Shown here piece after piece: positions 23,341-36,395 of a stretch of DNA of 62,235 bases. The notes below the pieces were generated by a model. The model ran no database searches and had not been told where the DNA came from. It was given only the letters and a program-made list of their open reading frames with translations. Both the position numbers and the translations under genes were made by a program. The first letter of the stretch is position 1, and each line of letters opens with the position of its first letter. The stretch is from Glaucostegus cemiculus (taxonomy: Eukaryota). The stretch spans positions 7,255,766 to 7,318,000 of the forward strand of contig CDPCPM010000091.1 of assembly GCA_976551045.1 (NCBI GenBank), written 5' to 3'.

Positions 23341-25039
23341 AGTATGTGTACAATCATTCACAACCTTACATTGTTCATTTTTTTTTGATGATTGCTGGCA
23401 GGGTGGGAGGGGGGAGGGAATTGTGGCACACCTCCATTATATACATTTCTGACTAGAAACAGCAAAGATAACATACATCATGTGGTAAAGCCTTCAGGCT
23501 ACTGATAGCTTGGAGGTGGAACTGGTGACAGGATTCAGAGCTGTGGATCATAAAATCATTAATGGGTTCTGGATGTCACACACTGGACAAAATGAAGTCA
23601 TGAAAATGGATGTCTTTTCATACTATTTCAATCTTTAGTTTACGAGAAAAAAAAACAGAAGTTAGGAAGAGAACCCAGGATTAAAAAAAATAGAAGTTAA
23701 TATTGTAATTTATTCAAAAAGAATCTTCAAGCAAAATAAATAGCAACCTCTCCATCTTTACAAATGTCAATTAATGGAAAAGTGGACATTACTACAGATA
23801 ACACAGTTTCAGTTAAAGTACCAAAAGGAGAACCGAAATAATATAATGGGGAACAGAAAGTTCTGTGCTTGAAGCTATTACTGAAAACAAATGTCGAGGA
23901 TCTCAATGGACAGACTTAAATGGGATGTGTGTTATTTTTCATTTCTCTGTGGCATTGGGATGTTTAGTCAGAGCAAGCTCTCTCTGGCATTCATTGAACC
24001 TGATATGGTAAGCATTCATTTCCTCCCAATTCACTGAATTGAATGACATTTCTATTAAAAGCAGTGATGTCTTTTCTACTTTTTAAAAATTGTTTCAAGC
24101 ACAGTCAATTAATTTAGCTATTGCTGAAATAAACAAAGAAGTAACTAAGGACCACAGGTGATGGAAAGGAACTTATTTCATGAAGTCAATTTGTTTATAA
24201 TCTCTCAATTCCTTAAAGTTTTGATGTGCTTCGTGGCCCTCAGTATTCCTAATTTCAAAATCATAGTAAGTCTGATCATTTTGTGGGTTTCTACCAAAAA
24301 AGCGATGACTTCCATTTCCAGGGTATTAACTGAGTCATTTATCATAGTCAAGATGCACAATACACTTGGTGGCTTCCCTGATGCCAAGAAATAGACATGA
24401 GTTGCACTTACCAACTTAAATTTCTGACTACTTGGGTACTTCCATTTCATGTTTGATTCTCCCCCAAGTGGTCAGATAACAACACAAAAATAAAATGGCT
24501 TCTTACAGAGGGAAGGGCTTGGTGAAAACTATTGAAATCAGAGTGTTGTTTTCACTTGATGTTTGCATACACTGAACAGTACTGTTCGTTAGCTTTCATA
24601 AATGTTTAACTCTTTATGGAGCAAGCTTTGGTCTAGTCACCTGTGTTATATTCCTAACTTTGGCCTTCTAACATTAAAGATAGTCAATTAAAACAATTCA
24701 CTATGCACAAGTATCTAAATGACTGTTTTCTTGTTTTATCATTCTTGAACATTATCTAAATCTGTTCATTGTATTCATTATCATCCTTTGGATTTAGCTT
24801 TGCTTCTGACCTTTCTACTCTTTATGTGGAGTTGCACTCAGAGGACGATGCACTGCAAAACAAAGCAGAATATCCTATACCTTGATAGGCCTCAGTTAGA
24901 ATGCTGTAGTTTGTTTTGCTTGGCTGCTGCATCTGAGGCTTTGGAAAGGGAACAAAGGACAGCCACAAGGTTAACTTACAGTCCACCTTTAAGAAGGGAG
25001 AGTCTAACTGCCAACCCTTATCATTCAAGAACACTACCA

Positions 25040-25590
25040 ATGCTGAGTCCTCCTCCTTCAACATCCTGGGGTCACCACTGACCGGAAACTCAACTAGACT
25101 CACCGCATAAATATCACAGCTACAAGAGCAGGTCAGAAGCTGGGTATCATGTGGTGAGTGACTTATCCCTTGAGACTCCAAGGTTTTCCATTGTCTACAA
25201 GTATGATAGAATGCTCTTCACTTGCCTAGACAAGTGCAGCACCAACAAGTGTCAAGAAACTCAATACTAACGGGGACAAAGCAAACTGCTTGATTGGGAT
25301 CCCATCAACCATTTTAACAACCCCTAGGTGATGACCACTGGGATCTCGAAAGACATGGGCAGCATCTTCATGGTAACACACTAACTGCAGGCTTCCATTA
25401 AGTCATCCTGACTTTGAAAGAAAGCACCATTCTTTCATTGTCACTGGATCTAAATCCTGGAATTTCCTACTCAACAGCACCGTGGAAGAACATCCACAGC
25501 AGAAATGCAATAGTTCACAGAGGTGTTCCCACCTTCTTATTAAAGACAAGGAGGGATGTGCAATAAATGCTGGCCTTGCCTGAAAATGAA
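25040..25590 (+). mobile_element. Old CR1-superfamily LINE 3' fragment
   Basis: 'ILGSP/GVT.DRKLN.THRINITATRAGQKLGI' and GCAATAAATGCTGGCCTTGCC end. Confidence 0.6.
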
Positions 25591-26417
25591 TTTAAAAAAT
25601 TTAAGTACTTCAGTTCTTGAGACATTCTTAAGAATTTGGATCTTAACACTGTATTGAAGTGTAAACCCAGATAATTTGATTGAGACTTATAAAAGGGAAA
25701 GTTTGGATTGTATTCACAGAGACTAATTACGTGAACAAAATAAACTGGGAGGAGTTGGGATGAAGTGGCAAAGCAAAGTTACGCATCAAAGTTGTGTAAT
25801 ACTTTGGATGTTAAGTGGTTTTTAGAGAACAGCAGGCAGGTTAGCAAATTGAGCATCGAATGTGATTTGCTAATTTTCTTCAAGCGAGGCCCTTATTTCT
25901 GGCTAAATTAGATTTCACCTTGTACTGGAGCTATGTAGCCTATTATATAAGTCAGTGTCAATGTGATCTCCTAGATACATTTTGATATTCTGTATTGCTG
26001 GGGGGTGGGACGTGTGGTTGGGGGGGTTGGAAGAAGAATTCCTTCAGAGCGTCAATCCTTAACTAGTCTGGATTCTTACCCGACATTTTGCTTCTCTTTT
26101 TAGATTTCTAGCTAAAAATTAACATCAACTTTGCTGACCTAAGTCAGATTAAGGTTTTAGTTGGTGCCTGTGGAGATGCATAAAGCATCACAGTTGTATG
26201 GGACAACTTCACTCACTCTTTTCCTATCCATTATATTCATATATTTGCATGGATCATATTATTGGTCCCTATTGATGCAATACCATCTAGTCCAGGTATC
26301 TTATTCTCGATACTTCAAGTATTAATATACACAAAATTTATTGTGTATTGACCCCAATGATTTGACTGTTACAGATATACCAGTCAATGATTTGACTGAT
26401 ACACCTTCCCTTCCCTT

Positions 26418-26487
26418 TGGAGCAGACTCGATGGGCCGACTGGCCTGCTTCTGCTCCATTATCTTGTGATCTTGTGATCTTGTGATA
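26418..26487 (+). mobile_element. Very short CR1 3' end with (ATCTTGTG)n tail
   Basis: GGAGCAGACTCGATGGGCCGACTGGCCTGCTTCTGCTCC followed by three 8-mers. Confidence 0.7.
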
Positions 26488-26796
26488 TGTGGTTCCTGTA
26501 TATATCTCAAACTTGACATGTTGGCATGTCACTTATGAGATAATTATGACTCTTAAATCAGTTTTACCTAGGATTAATTCCCTTCTCATTTTTGCCACCA
26601 AATTACTTTGTTTAAATAATTATTATCAGAAGTATCATACCGCTATATTTTCTGGTTGCCGTGACTGCAGTGTTATATCAGAATGAGTGCGTGTACATTG
26701 GAAAATTGATCAGGGTTTAACCTTGACCGAGTTCTGCCTGCATATGTTGCGTTTAATCTTCCAGACTGACCTGGCATATGATATGAGGACATTAAT

Positions 26797-28039
26797 TCAG
26801 AATCAGAATCAGAATCAGTTTTATTGTCACAACCATATACATACATGGTACGCATAGGAGCGAGATACCGTCCTCCACAGGAACACGTCTCATAGAAAAG
26901 AATAACATAACAACCAACAGAGAGACACATACACACTTGGCAGAATACACAGTACAAAACATTACTCATTAGTTCTTACATAAATAGATCTTAAAGTGAA
27001 CGGGCTGGTGTCAGGCATTTAAAGTGCTGGTGCATTTCTGTGCACCTAGCATCTCCTAGTGTTAACAAAGGAAGATGGAGGGATGAGAGAGTTTGCAGTT
27101 CTTATGGCTTGCGGAAAGAAGCTATTGTTCAGCCTGGACGTTCTTGCCCTGATACATTTAAGCCTCCTCCCTGATGGCAAAATTGTGAAGAGGTGGTGGG
27201 AGGGGTGAGAGGGGTCGGCCATTATGCTTTTTGTCTTCCTCACACAACGGTCTTTGTATATGTCTGCGAGGGATGGAAGCGAGACACCTATGATCCACTC
27301 CGCAGCCTTAACTATCTTCTGGAGGGACTTCCGCCCAGCAGCTGAGCAGCTTCCAAACCAAACAGAGATACATTGAGTTAGGATGCTCTCAATGGTCCCC
27401 CTGTAGAAGGATTTCATGACTGAGGGGTGTGGGTACGCTTTCCTCAGTCTCCGCAGGAAGTAGAGGCGTTTCTGAGCCTTCTTCGTGAGGGCCGTAATGT
27501 TAGTGGACCAGGTCAGGTCGTCGGTGATGTGCACCCCCAGGAACTTGGTGCTGCGTACTTGTTCCACAGCAGACCCGTTGATGGTCAGCGGAGCGTGCAC
27601 ACGATGACCCCTCCTAAAATCCACTATCATCTCCTTGGTTTTATCCACGTTCAAGGAGAGGTTGTTGTCATGGCACCACACAGCTAGTTGGTTCACCTCC
27701 TCTCTATAGTCCGACTCATCGTCATTCGTAACAAGACCCACCACTGTCGTGTCATCGGCAAATTTAACAATGCGGTTGGAGCTGAATCTGGCCTCACAGT
27801 CGTGGGTCAACAAGGTGAACAGGAGCGGACTGAGCACACAACCCTGAGGGGAGCCAGTGCTCAGTGTGATGGTGCTTGAGGTGTTTTCACCAATTTTGAC
27901 TGACTGTGGCCTGCCAGTTAGAAAATCCAGTATCCAGTTGCAGAGAGGAGTGTTGATGCCCAGAGCGCTCAACTTCCTGATAAGCTGTTGTGGGATGATG
28001 GTATTGAAAGCGGAGCTGAAGTCAATGAATAGCAGCCGG
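26797..28039 (-). mobile_element. Young 5'-truncated Rex1/Babar LINE
   Basis: RT motifs '[13 protein letters not shown]', 'QGCVLSP' and 'FADD'; (GAATCA)n tail; near-identical to 19937-21227. Confidence 0.93.
27046..28039 (-). pseudogene. Uninterrupted truncated Rex1 RT reading frame (the ORF's first ~37 codons are flank DNA)
   Basis: ORF 27046-28149; homology begins at 'RLLFIDFSS'. Confidence 0.85.
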
Positions 28040-29053
28040 CAGTAAGAAAAATTTAATATTTTCTCACCAGAAAAGTGCTGTGCGCAGTGCATACTTGTAT
28101 AAAATAACTGATGAGGGTGAGTTTTGTTCTGGAATGACAGGAAGTACACATTTAAAGAAGAGTGCCTTATGTTTTTGAGTTTATTTTTAATACCACACCC
28201 AGCATGAAGGGAGGGGGTGCTGGGTTAAGAGGTTGGGAGGCATTACATCATATTCCTTTCCACAATAGTTAAAAATGTCAGAGTTTGAGCGTGGGTAGTC
28301 TGTCACTCTGTGATGCAGGGGACTAATTTAGATGGCAATGCCTCAGTGATGTCATCAGGACTTGCCTGCAGTTTTAGCCACGGCCCCGGGCCATGCACAT
28401 TCTCTAGACAGGCACCAAAAAGTGGTGGCAGCAGAGTTTTTGGCTATGGGTGGAACAGGTAAAGTTAACTTTTAAAGTTAACATTTCTGGTGACTCATTC
28501 TGATATAACTTCAGGGAGTATGGGAGTACTCCCCCACTTCCAGGCTTCTGCTCCTATACCCAATGAGGATATCCTGATAGCTGCCCCTTTTAAATCTTTT
28601 CTATTACATTGAATCCTGAGCAGCAAAGTGATGGCTACACCACATACCCTCTTTCACTTCCCCAATGAAATTTGACCCCTGCTCCTGGATAGTGACTTAA
28701 TTGCCATTGTATTCATGCAGGCACCAGAACTGGGGTGTGTACTTGAGGTCCTGGGTTAAAACCTTCCAGGTCGTTTGCACTGGGTACAGTGTTGTAGCTC
28801 CATCTTATAGATGTGTCCCAAATGACATAGCAAAAATTCCTAAAGACCACATTTGCCTTTGTCCTAGCTAGCTGTCACTGACACTTATCAAAACAACAGG
28901 TTTCAAATTCATTTCAGTGCTCCAGTGAGAGAACTGCAAAAGACACCTGAGCTGGATACATACTCTCCCAAGCTGTGAATTGGCTGCTCTGTACAATTGC
29001 TTATAGTGACTTGAGAGAAGGTATAAATATATGTTATGTCAAACCTTTTCAGT

Positions 29054-29202
29054 NNNNNNNNNNNNNNNNNNNNNNNNNNNNNNNNNNNNNNNNNNNNNNN
29101 NNNNNNNNNNNNNNNNNNNNNNNNNNNNNNNNNNNNNNNNNNNNNNNNNNNNNNNNNNNNNNNNNNNNNNNNNNNNNNNNNNNNNNNNNNNNNNNNNNNN
29201 NN
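29054..29202. other. Assembly gap
   Basis: Run of N. Confidence 1.
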
Positions 29203-29439
29203 TGTTGTGATTGAAAATTTTTATTTAAATATTTACTATTGTGGCTTCCCTGAAGTATTGATTTACTTCATGTAATATAATGTGTGCAATAAAACAGTAA
29301 TATTAAGTTTAAGGAAAAGACATTTTTGTGGCAATTAGGATACTGCTTCTACGTAGTATTCTGGAACAAGGCTGAGTATTACTCCAACATTTACATCTGA
29401 CTCTCCTCGTACAGCAATCTACTTCCTTCCAATTATGAA

Positions 29440-30440
29440 AGAACATAAGAAATAAATGTAAGGGAAGGCCAATTAACCCCAATGCCTTCTCCACCATTCA
29501 GTGCGATCATGGCTGATCACTTAGCTCAGTGGCACTTTCCTCCACAAACTCATATGGTTTGCTGAGTATCTAAAATTCTATTAATCTTTGTTTTGAATAT
29601 AGTCAACAACTGAACTTCCACTGCCCTCTTGGGTCAAGAGATCCATAGTCTGAGAGAAGACAAACTTCTCACCTCTGTCCCGAATGACTGATATTTTATT
29701 TTGTGACTGTATCCTGGTTTAAGATACCCCAGCCAGGGAAAACATTCACACATCTGCATTGTCAAGTTCCAAAAGACTTTTGTATGTTACAATCACCTTT
29801 CATTCTTCTCATCTCAAAACAGTACAAGTCCAGTCTGCTTAATCTCTCCTCACTGGACGACCCCTGCAATCCAGGATTCAACCTGATCATTGCACTCCCT
29901 CTATTGCAATATTATTCTTCATCAGGTTATATTCCACATGAGGTCTCACCAGGGTTATATAAAATTGGAGCAAGACCCCTCTACATTTATACTTAAATTA
30001 TCTCCTACTAAATGCCAATATACCGCTGGTCTTCCTAATTGCATGCTGAACTTACATTTTAACTTTCAGCAATTTGTTTTCAAGGACACCTGGGCGTCTC
30101 TGAACATCAACACATTTCAATTTCTCATGTTTGTTCCGGCAAAGTGGATAACCTCACATCTTTCCGCATTATATTACATCTGCCATTGCCTTGCCTATTC
30201 ATTTAACGTGTCCATATCCCCACGAAACCTTACTACATCTGCCTCATAGCCCACACAGGCATCCAACTTTGTGAACATGGATATATTACACTTGATATCC
30301 TCATCAAAATCATTTACATAGAATGTGAGCAGTTGGGATCCAATCCATGCCAGTATATTATCCCCAATACCATGTGCTCTACTCTTGTTTCATAATCTCT
30401 TGCGTAGCAGTTTATGACAGGCCTTCCAAAGGTCTAAGTA
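29440..30440 (-). mobile_element. Old CR1 fragment
   Basis: AGAACATAAGAAATA tail (reverse complement); minus-strand 'WQM.YNA.KCEVIHF' and 'LV.RPH.EY' remnants. Confidence 0.7.
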
Positions 30441-31454
30441 CACACATAAGAAGTCTGTCCTTTCTTGTATTGAATAGTATCACTATTGCTTTTCAGTGTA
30501 ACCAGATACCTTCCCTTTTTTTTGGTTCCTTGCATAGGTCACAGTTAGGTGATTTAGAATTTCTGAGATAAAGTGCAAAGCCACTTGGTGTTTGGGAACC
30601 TTGACCCTCTGAACGACTTGGCTCATACAAGTGCATGTGGCTCTCCTTCTTTGACTGAGGCCTAAGTTCCCATGTGGTTTTCTGTTTCTGCATGCACCTC
30701 CTTAATCTACATGTACACTTTATCATTTCCAGTTACCTTCCCACCGATGTTTCCTCTTGAGCTTTTACTTATTCATATTTACCCCTGTTTATCTCTTCCC
30801 TTTTGGGACTTTTATCTGTTTCTCTTGAGGCACTTCATAAATATCTGATATACACTGAAATTGTTGACCAAATTTTAAGAGTTGTAGCTAACATTAGTAA
30901 AAATTGACTGTAGCTGGGTCTCAAAAGGCTGTTGATAAAAGTACTGAAAAAAGGCTTTCAGGGATAATTTATGTGAAGCTGTGGGAAATTTCTCTACTAA
31001 TAAAGAATTCTTTATAAAATCAATACCAGTTATAATTTGTTAAATACTGGAGTCTTTGGCAATTTTCTGATTAACTGCAATGATTAGAGTTATGTTATTC
31101 TTTCATATCTTCCTTATGTAATTGAATGATACTTCTATAAATAATTAAAAGGTTCAAGGAAATGATAAGTGCACAGTTCCTATTCACCACTCGCATTACT
31201 GTTGTAATGAAATAGAAAATGATAACTATGTAGTAAATCTTCCAGCTTCCAAAAAGAAAACAGGGAGTAATTCTTCAAGAATAATCTTTTTTTATGAGTT
31301 TTGATGAATGGCCTCTGTTTGAAATATTAACCAAATTTTTCCAAACGCTATTTGTATTTCCAGCTTTTTGTTCTTTTTTCTACATTCTACTACAAATGTT
31401 TACATGCATCATATAATAACATGGTTCCTATGATTCTTTTTCCATAGCGTTATT

Positions 31455-32460
31455 GATAAGGTAAGATTTCTTTATTAGTCATATGTACATTGAAACACAC
31501 AGTGAAATACATCTTTTGCGTAGAATGTTCTGGGGGCAGCCCGCAAATGTCGCCACGCTTCCAGCACCGACATAGCATGCCCACAACTTCCTAACCTGTA
31601 TGTCTTTGAGCAGAGGGATCTGGGGGTTCATATCCACAGTTCACTCAAAGTTGCCTCGCAGGTGGATAGGGCTGTTAAGAAGGCTTATGGGATGTTGGCT
31701 TTTATAAATAAAGGGATTGAGTTCAAGAGCAGAGAGGTGATTATGCTGCTTTACAAAACTCTAGTTAGGCCGCACTTGGAATATTGTGTTCAGTTTTGGT
31801 CTCCGCATTATAGGAAGGATGTGGAGGCGTTGGAGAGGGTGCAGAGGCGTTTTACCAGGATGATGCCTGGATTGGAGGGCATGGAATATAAAGAGAGGCT
31901 TAAGGTGCTAGGGCTCTACTCATTAGAGAGGAGGAAGATGAGAGGGGACTTGATAGAGGTGTTTAAGATATTGAGAGGAATAGATAGAGTTAATAGTCAG
32001 CGCCTCTTTCCCAGAGCGCAGATGCTCAAGACAAGAGGGCATGCCTTTAAGATAATAGGTGGAAAGTATAGGGGAGATGTCAGAGGGAAGTTTTTCACCC
32101 AGAGAGTGGTTGGTGCATGGAATGCACTGCCTGGGGTGGTAGTGGAGGCAGATACGTTGGACAGGTTTAAGAGATTGTTAGATAAGCACATGGAAGAATG
32201 TGGAATAGTAGGGTATGAGGGTGGAAAGAGTTAGTTTGGGAGATGTTTGTAGGAGGGCACAGCTTGATGGGCCGAAGGGCCTGTTCTGTGCTGTATTGTT
32301 CTATTGTTCTATTGTTCTTTGGAATGTGGGAGGAAACTGGAGCACCCGGAGGAAACCCACACGGACACACTGGGAGAACATACAAACTCCTTACAGACAG
32401 TGGCCAGAATTGAACCCGGGTCACTGGTGCTGTAATAGCGTTATGCTAACTGCGATGCTG
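31455..32460 (-). mobile_element. V-SINE family A split by a CR1 insertion (halves 31455-31608 and 32316-32460)
   Basis: The halves rejoin as ...GTATGTCTTTG|GAATGTGGGAGG... Confidence 0.9.
31609..32315 (+). mobile_element. Young 5'-truncated CR1 LINE with 6-bp TSD TCTTTG
   Basis: Open 190-aa ORF 'LVRPHLEYCVQFWSPHYRKD'; (CTATTGTT)n tail; TCTTTG at 31603-31608 and 32316-32321. Confidence 0.93.
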
Positions 32461-33119
32461 CCCTGCAGGAGACCCTACTCAATTCTGTGTATAAATAATG
32501 TTACCCTGCCATAGAATCTTAGACTTTAACTTTGGAAATGCATATTGTTGCCTTCAATTTTTTTGTCATGACCTTATTTTTCTAACCACTTCCCCACTCT
32601 GGAATCCTTTGGATCTGCATCTATTACTTTGACTTCCTTTCGTTTAACCTCGGCCTTTCCTCCACTGCTCACCCCAGCTTTTCCACCTTTTATTTCTCTC
32701 ATCGACCTTCTTCTGACAAATGCTTTGAGTATGGTCTTGTCATAACCAGCACCCTATTTTGTCAGAGGGACAAGCATAAGACTTCATGGCAACTTCCCCC
32801 ATTCTAAACACAGGCTCATGTTAGATTATATCATAGCCTGAGTTAAGGACTCCAAAAATGTTCAACAGAAATGTTACCAATGAATAGGAACTGTGCATTT
32901 ATCAATCTTTTCATTATTTATAGAATTATCAATGACTGCTGGACTGATCACTGTCTAATCCAATTATAATCTCCATTCAACTGTTCCAAAGCATTAGCAT
33001 CAACAGAAACATTTCCACAAGAAAACTAAAGTCGAAGCTCTCAATGAACCCCACAAAAATAAATTTTCTCAGACCGTACTTCACAGGCATCTTGTCAATT
33101 CCTAGCTAACAGGAGCCAG

Positions 33120-33605
33120 GGAGTGAAGTTCCCTGAAGTTCACCACAAGTGGCATCTCTGAAACGACTCTTGGCTTCTTTACCAAGAAGAACCAGGAGTG
33201 GCTGGATGAAAGTGACAAGAAGGTTGAGGAGCTAATCATCTAGAAATGTCAGCTGTGCAAGGGAGAGGAGACAAATCTACCAGCACCTGAAGACAAGGAT
33301 CCAGCAGAAAACCTGACCATGAGAACAGATGGTCGGGGCGGTGGGGCTCAGCAACTCGATGATCTCCACGACAAGTGTGGATTCTTCAGTGTTGCAGGTC
33401 ATAAGGTCATTCATGGCCTGAATGCACAAGGACTCAACCCAGAGACAGGGAATGGGGATGAGCTTATCAAATGTAGAGAGGCAATCAGTGCACTTCATAG
33501 ACCTCCTCAACCACCAATCAATCCTTGATGTAAGTGACCTTGGCTGTATCCATAGCAGCCTACTGGTCCATCTCGCCACACCTCCTGACCAACAAGAAGT
33601 CAAAA
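33120..33605 (+). mobile_element. RTE-clade LINE internal fragment
   Basis: 'ETTLGF.TKKNQEWLDESDKKVEELI' type coding. Confidence 0.5.
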
Positions 33606-33679
33606 TGGGTATGATTAATTAATGATCTCATGGTGAAGTGTCTCATAGGAAAGAGTGATCATAGCAGCTTAGAATAAGC

Positions 33680-34098
33680 TATAAGGAGAGGTTGGACAAG
33701 CTTGGGATGTTTTCTCTGGAGCATTGGAGGCCAAGGACTGACCTAAGAGAAGTATATAAAATTATGAGAGACATGGATAGGGTAGACAGTCAGAGGCTTG
33801 TTCCTAGGGTGGAAATGTCAAATACTAGAGGGCATAGGTTTAAAGTGAGGGGGGAAAGTTCAAAGGAGATTTATGAGGCAATTTTTTTATACAAAGAGTG
33901 ACAGGTGCCTGGAACGCACTGCCAGGGGAGGTGGTGGAAGCAGATATAATAACAATGTTTAAGAGGCATTCAGACAGACAGGAAATAGAAGGGTATGGAT
34001 CATGTCCAGGCAGATGGGATTAGTTTAGATTGGCAACATGTTCAGCATAGGCATGGTGGGCCAAAGGGCCTGTCCTGTGCTGTACTGTTCTATGTTGT
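33680..34098 (+). mobile_element. CR1 3' fragment
   Basis: ORF 33692-33901 'DKLGMFSLEHWR..DLREVYKIMR' and CR1 3' motif. Confidence 0.85.
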
Positions 34099-36234
34099 AA
34101 GATATTATTTTAAATGAAATGTGTTCTATAAGTTCACACTTCTGATTATGTGAAAGGTACAGAAATGTAGAGGTGAATGTGTATAATTTATATATCATTA
34201 CATATAAAATTGTGTGTAAATAGTTGATTGTTGTTCTCCAAGCCAGCAGGGTCTTGGTGCCTAAGGGGCTTATCTTACATTTTGTTCTCGTCAGACAACA
34301 TTTTGGTAGATTGATGTTTGCAGACATGTGCTTTCAGCAGGCTTGAAGTAAATAAATAAACTTCCTGAAGGACAAAATCCAACCTCCAGCTTTTTAAATG
34401 TGAAGATATAATTAAAGGTAAAACTAAATGCGGTTGGAATTAAAAAATAGATTTATCAAGGTTGTTCACTAGAGTATTTAGCCAGGCTGTGTAATTGCAT
34501 GTTTTGTGCTTGCTTTGCATGGTCCAGCCAACAATGGTACCTGTTGCTACCTTGTAGCCTTTCTCTCTCTGCCTGCTACTTCCACAAAAGATTTTGCTTT
34601 AATCCCATTAATTTCATAACCTAATCATTTTTTAAGGTCCTTCCAATTTGTATTGGGGAAGTGACATAGGGTCTTGGTTTTGCTTTTCTGTCACATTTTC
34701 CACATGGATCCATGAATAAATGAACTCTGGCAAATGGATCAATTAAAGAAGAGCAGGATAAAATTCAAAGGTTAACTTCAAAGTGCCTGCATTTTATTTT
34801 AATGTATTTTGTTATCATGGTATTCCCTCCTGCCGTGATGCCATTGCATATCAGCAAAGAGACTGGAGTTAGGATATTTATTTTAAATGACTGTGGATTT
34901 CAGGTACTAGATTTTTCTCTAGAATTTTTGTGTGCAAGACTAAGAGGTCATAAGGAACTTTAATATCAGACAAAATAAAATAAAATGCATTTGGAAAGTG
35001 TATTCTTTCAGTTGATTTAATTATTTGATTCCACATTTTGATGATTAAAAAGAATACTACTATAATAGGCATCTTAAAATCACACAGTTGTTATAAACTT
35101 TAGGTACTTTGATTTGAATTGCAAAGCTAAACTAATCACAAACCTTAGCTTAGACATTGCTTTACACATATAGCATACATACATCTGTCAGGGGAAGTCT
35201 GACATGGCACTCTTTATCTCTTATTTACAGACTACAGAGGCAGGAGCATAAGCAGTACCTTGATTATTAAATTAATAATTGATTAGGAGAATTTATGTTA
35301 GTACATTTCTTTGTAGAAACCTTGGGATTAAGTAATTTATACAATGAAATCTGCAGAACTATGTCATTTCTATAATTAACAAAGCCAAGTAAATCTGAGA
35401 TTAATGCAAGGCATAATCTGACATCCCTCAAATTTGTCTTACAATTGATTCATTAACTAAAACTGATTCATTAAGTACTCCTATGAATTACATGCCATCC
35501 GAACTTGGAAACATCTCCATTCCATCACCATCACTGGGTCAAAATGCTGAAAATCCCCATTTAACCTTCACTTACGAGCTCAATAAATGGTGGAGTTAAC
35601 ACTACTTCCCCACAGTCCAAGTGAATAATAAAACAAATTACCTGGTTCAAAAAAGAGAAAGAATATTTGTTTTGGTTAAGAATCAGTAAAATCATTTAAT
35701 ATATTTTTTTTCTGTTTTCACAAATTCAGTTTATTAAAGTACTGTAGGTGTCTGGCACTTTGAATTTCATATCTTTTAGTAAAGACACTCCTTTCTGAGC
35801 ATTTTGCAGCTAATGCTTCTCAAGAAAACTTGATTTATTCTTACTTTTACTGAATTTCTACTACTTATTATCATCCCACTAGGCTCATTTTCATGTTAAT
35901 AAATGCTTTGGTTAAATAGATCCATCTCATATGGTTGAAAATATATAGAATAATTAATGGTTGCATATGACTTTAATTGACAGTCAAACTTTATAAAGAA
36001 GCAATGGCCTAGCTAAAGGGTAATGTCAATCATCTAGGGTATAACTGCAATAGAGCTCGTTCCCCTATCGATTCAATGCTTTTTGTTGACTATCAATAAA
36101 ACCATTGGTCCAGTATTTCATAATTATTGCATTTTAAACTGTAAAACAAAATTGTTATCTAGCTCAATTACATTTAGCTAAGCTCTGATAGACAAAAGGG
36201 GCATTTTAACACAACTGTCAACATTTATTCCAAA

Positions 36235-36395
36235 GCAAAATATTGTAGATGCTGCAAATATGAAACATAATCAAAAATACTGGAAATTCGTAGCAGGTCA
36301 GACCTCACCTGTGGAGAGAGAAACACTGGGATCTCTCTCCACATATGCTACCTAACCCAATGAGTATTTCCACCATTTTCTGATTTTATTTCTAA
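36235..36395. mobile_element. Penelope-like terminal remnants in inverted arrangement
   Basis: CTGGAAATTCGTAGCAGGTCAG..TGTGGAGAGAGA is mirrored by TCTCTCTCCACA..GAGTATTTCCA. Confidence 0.55.

Noticed and set aside
28040-28149. N-terminal extension of the Rex1 ORF
   Set aside because: Flanking DNA that is open by chance, with a non-ATG start.
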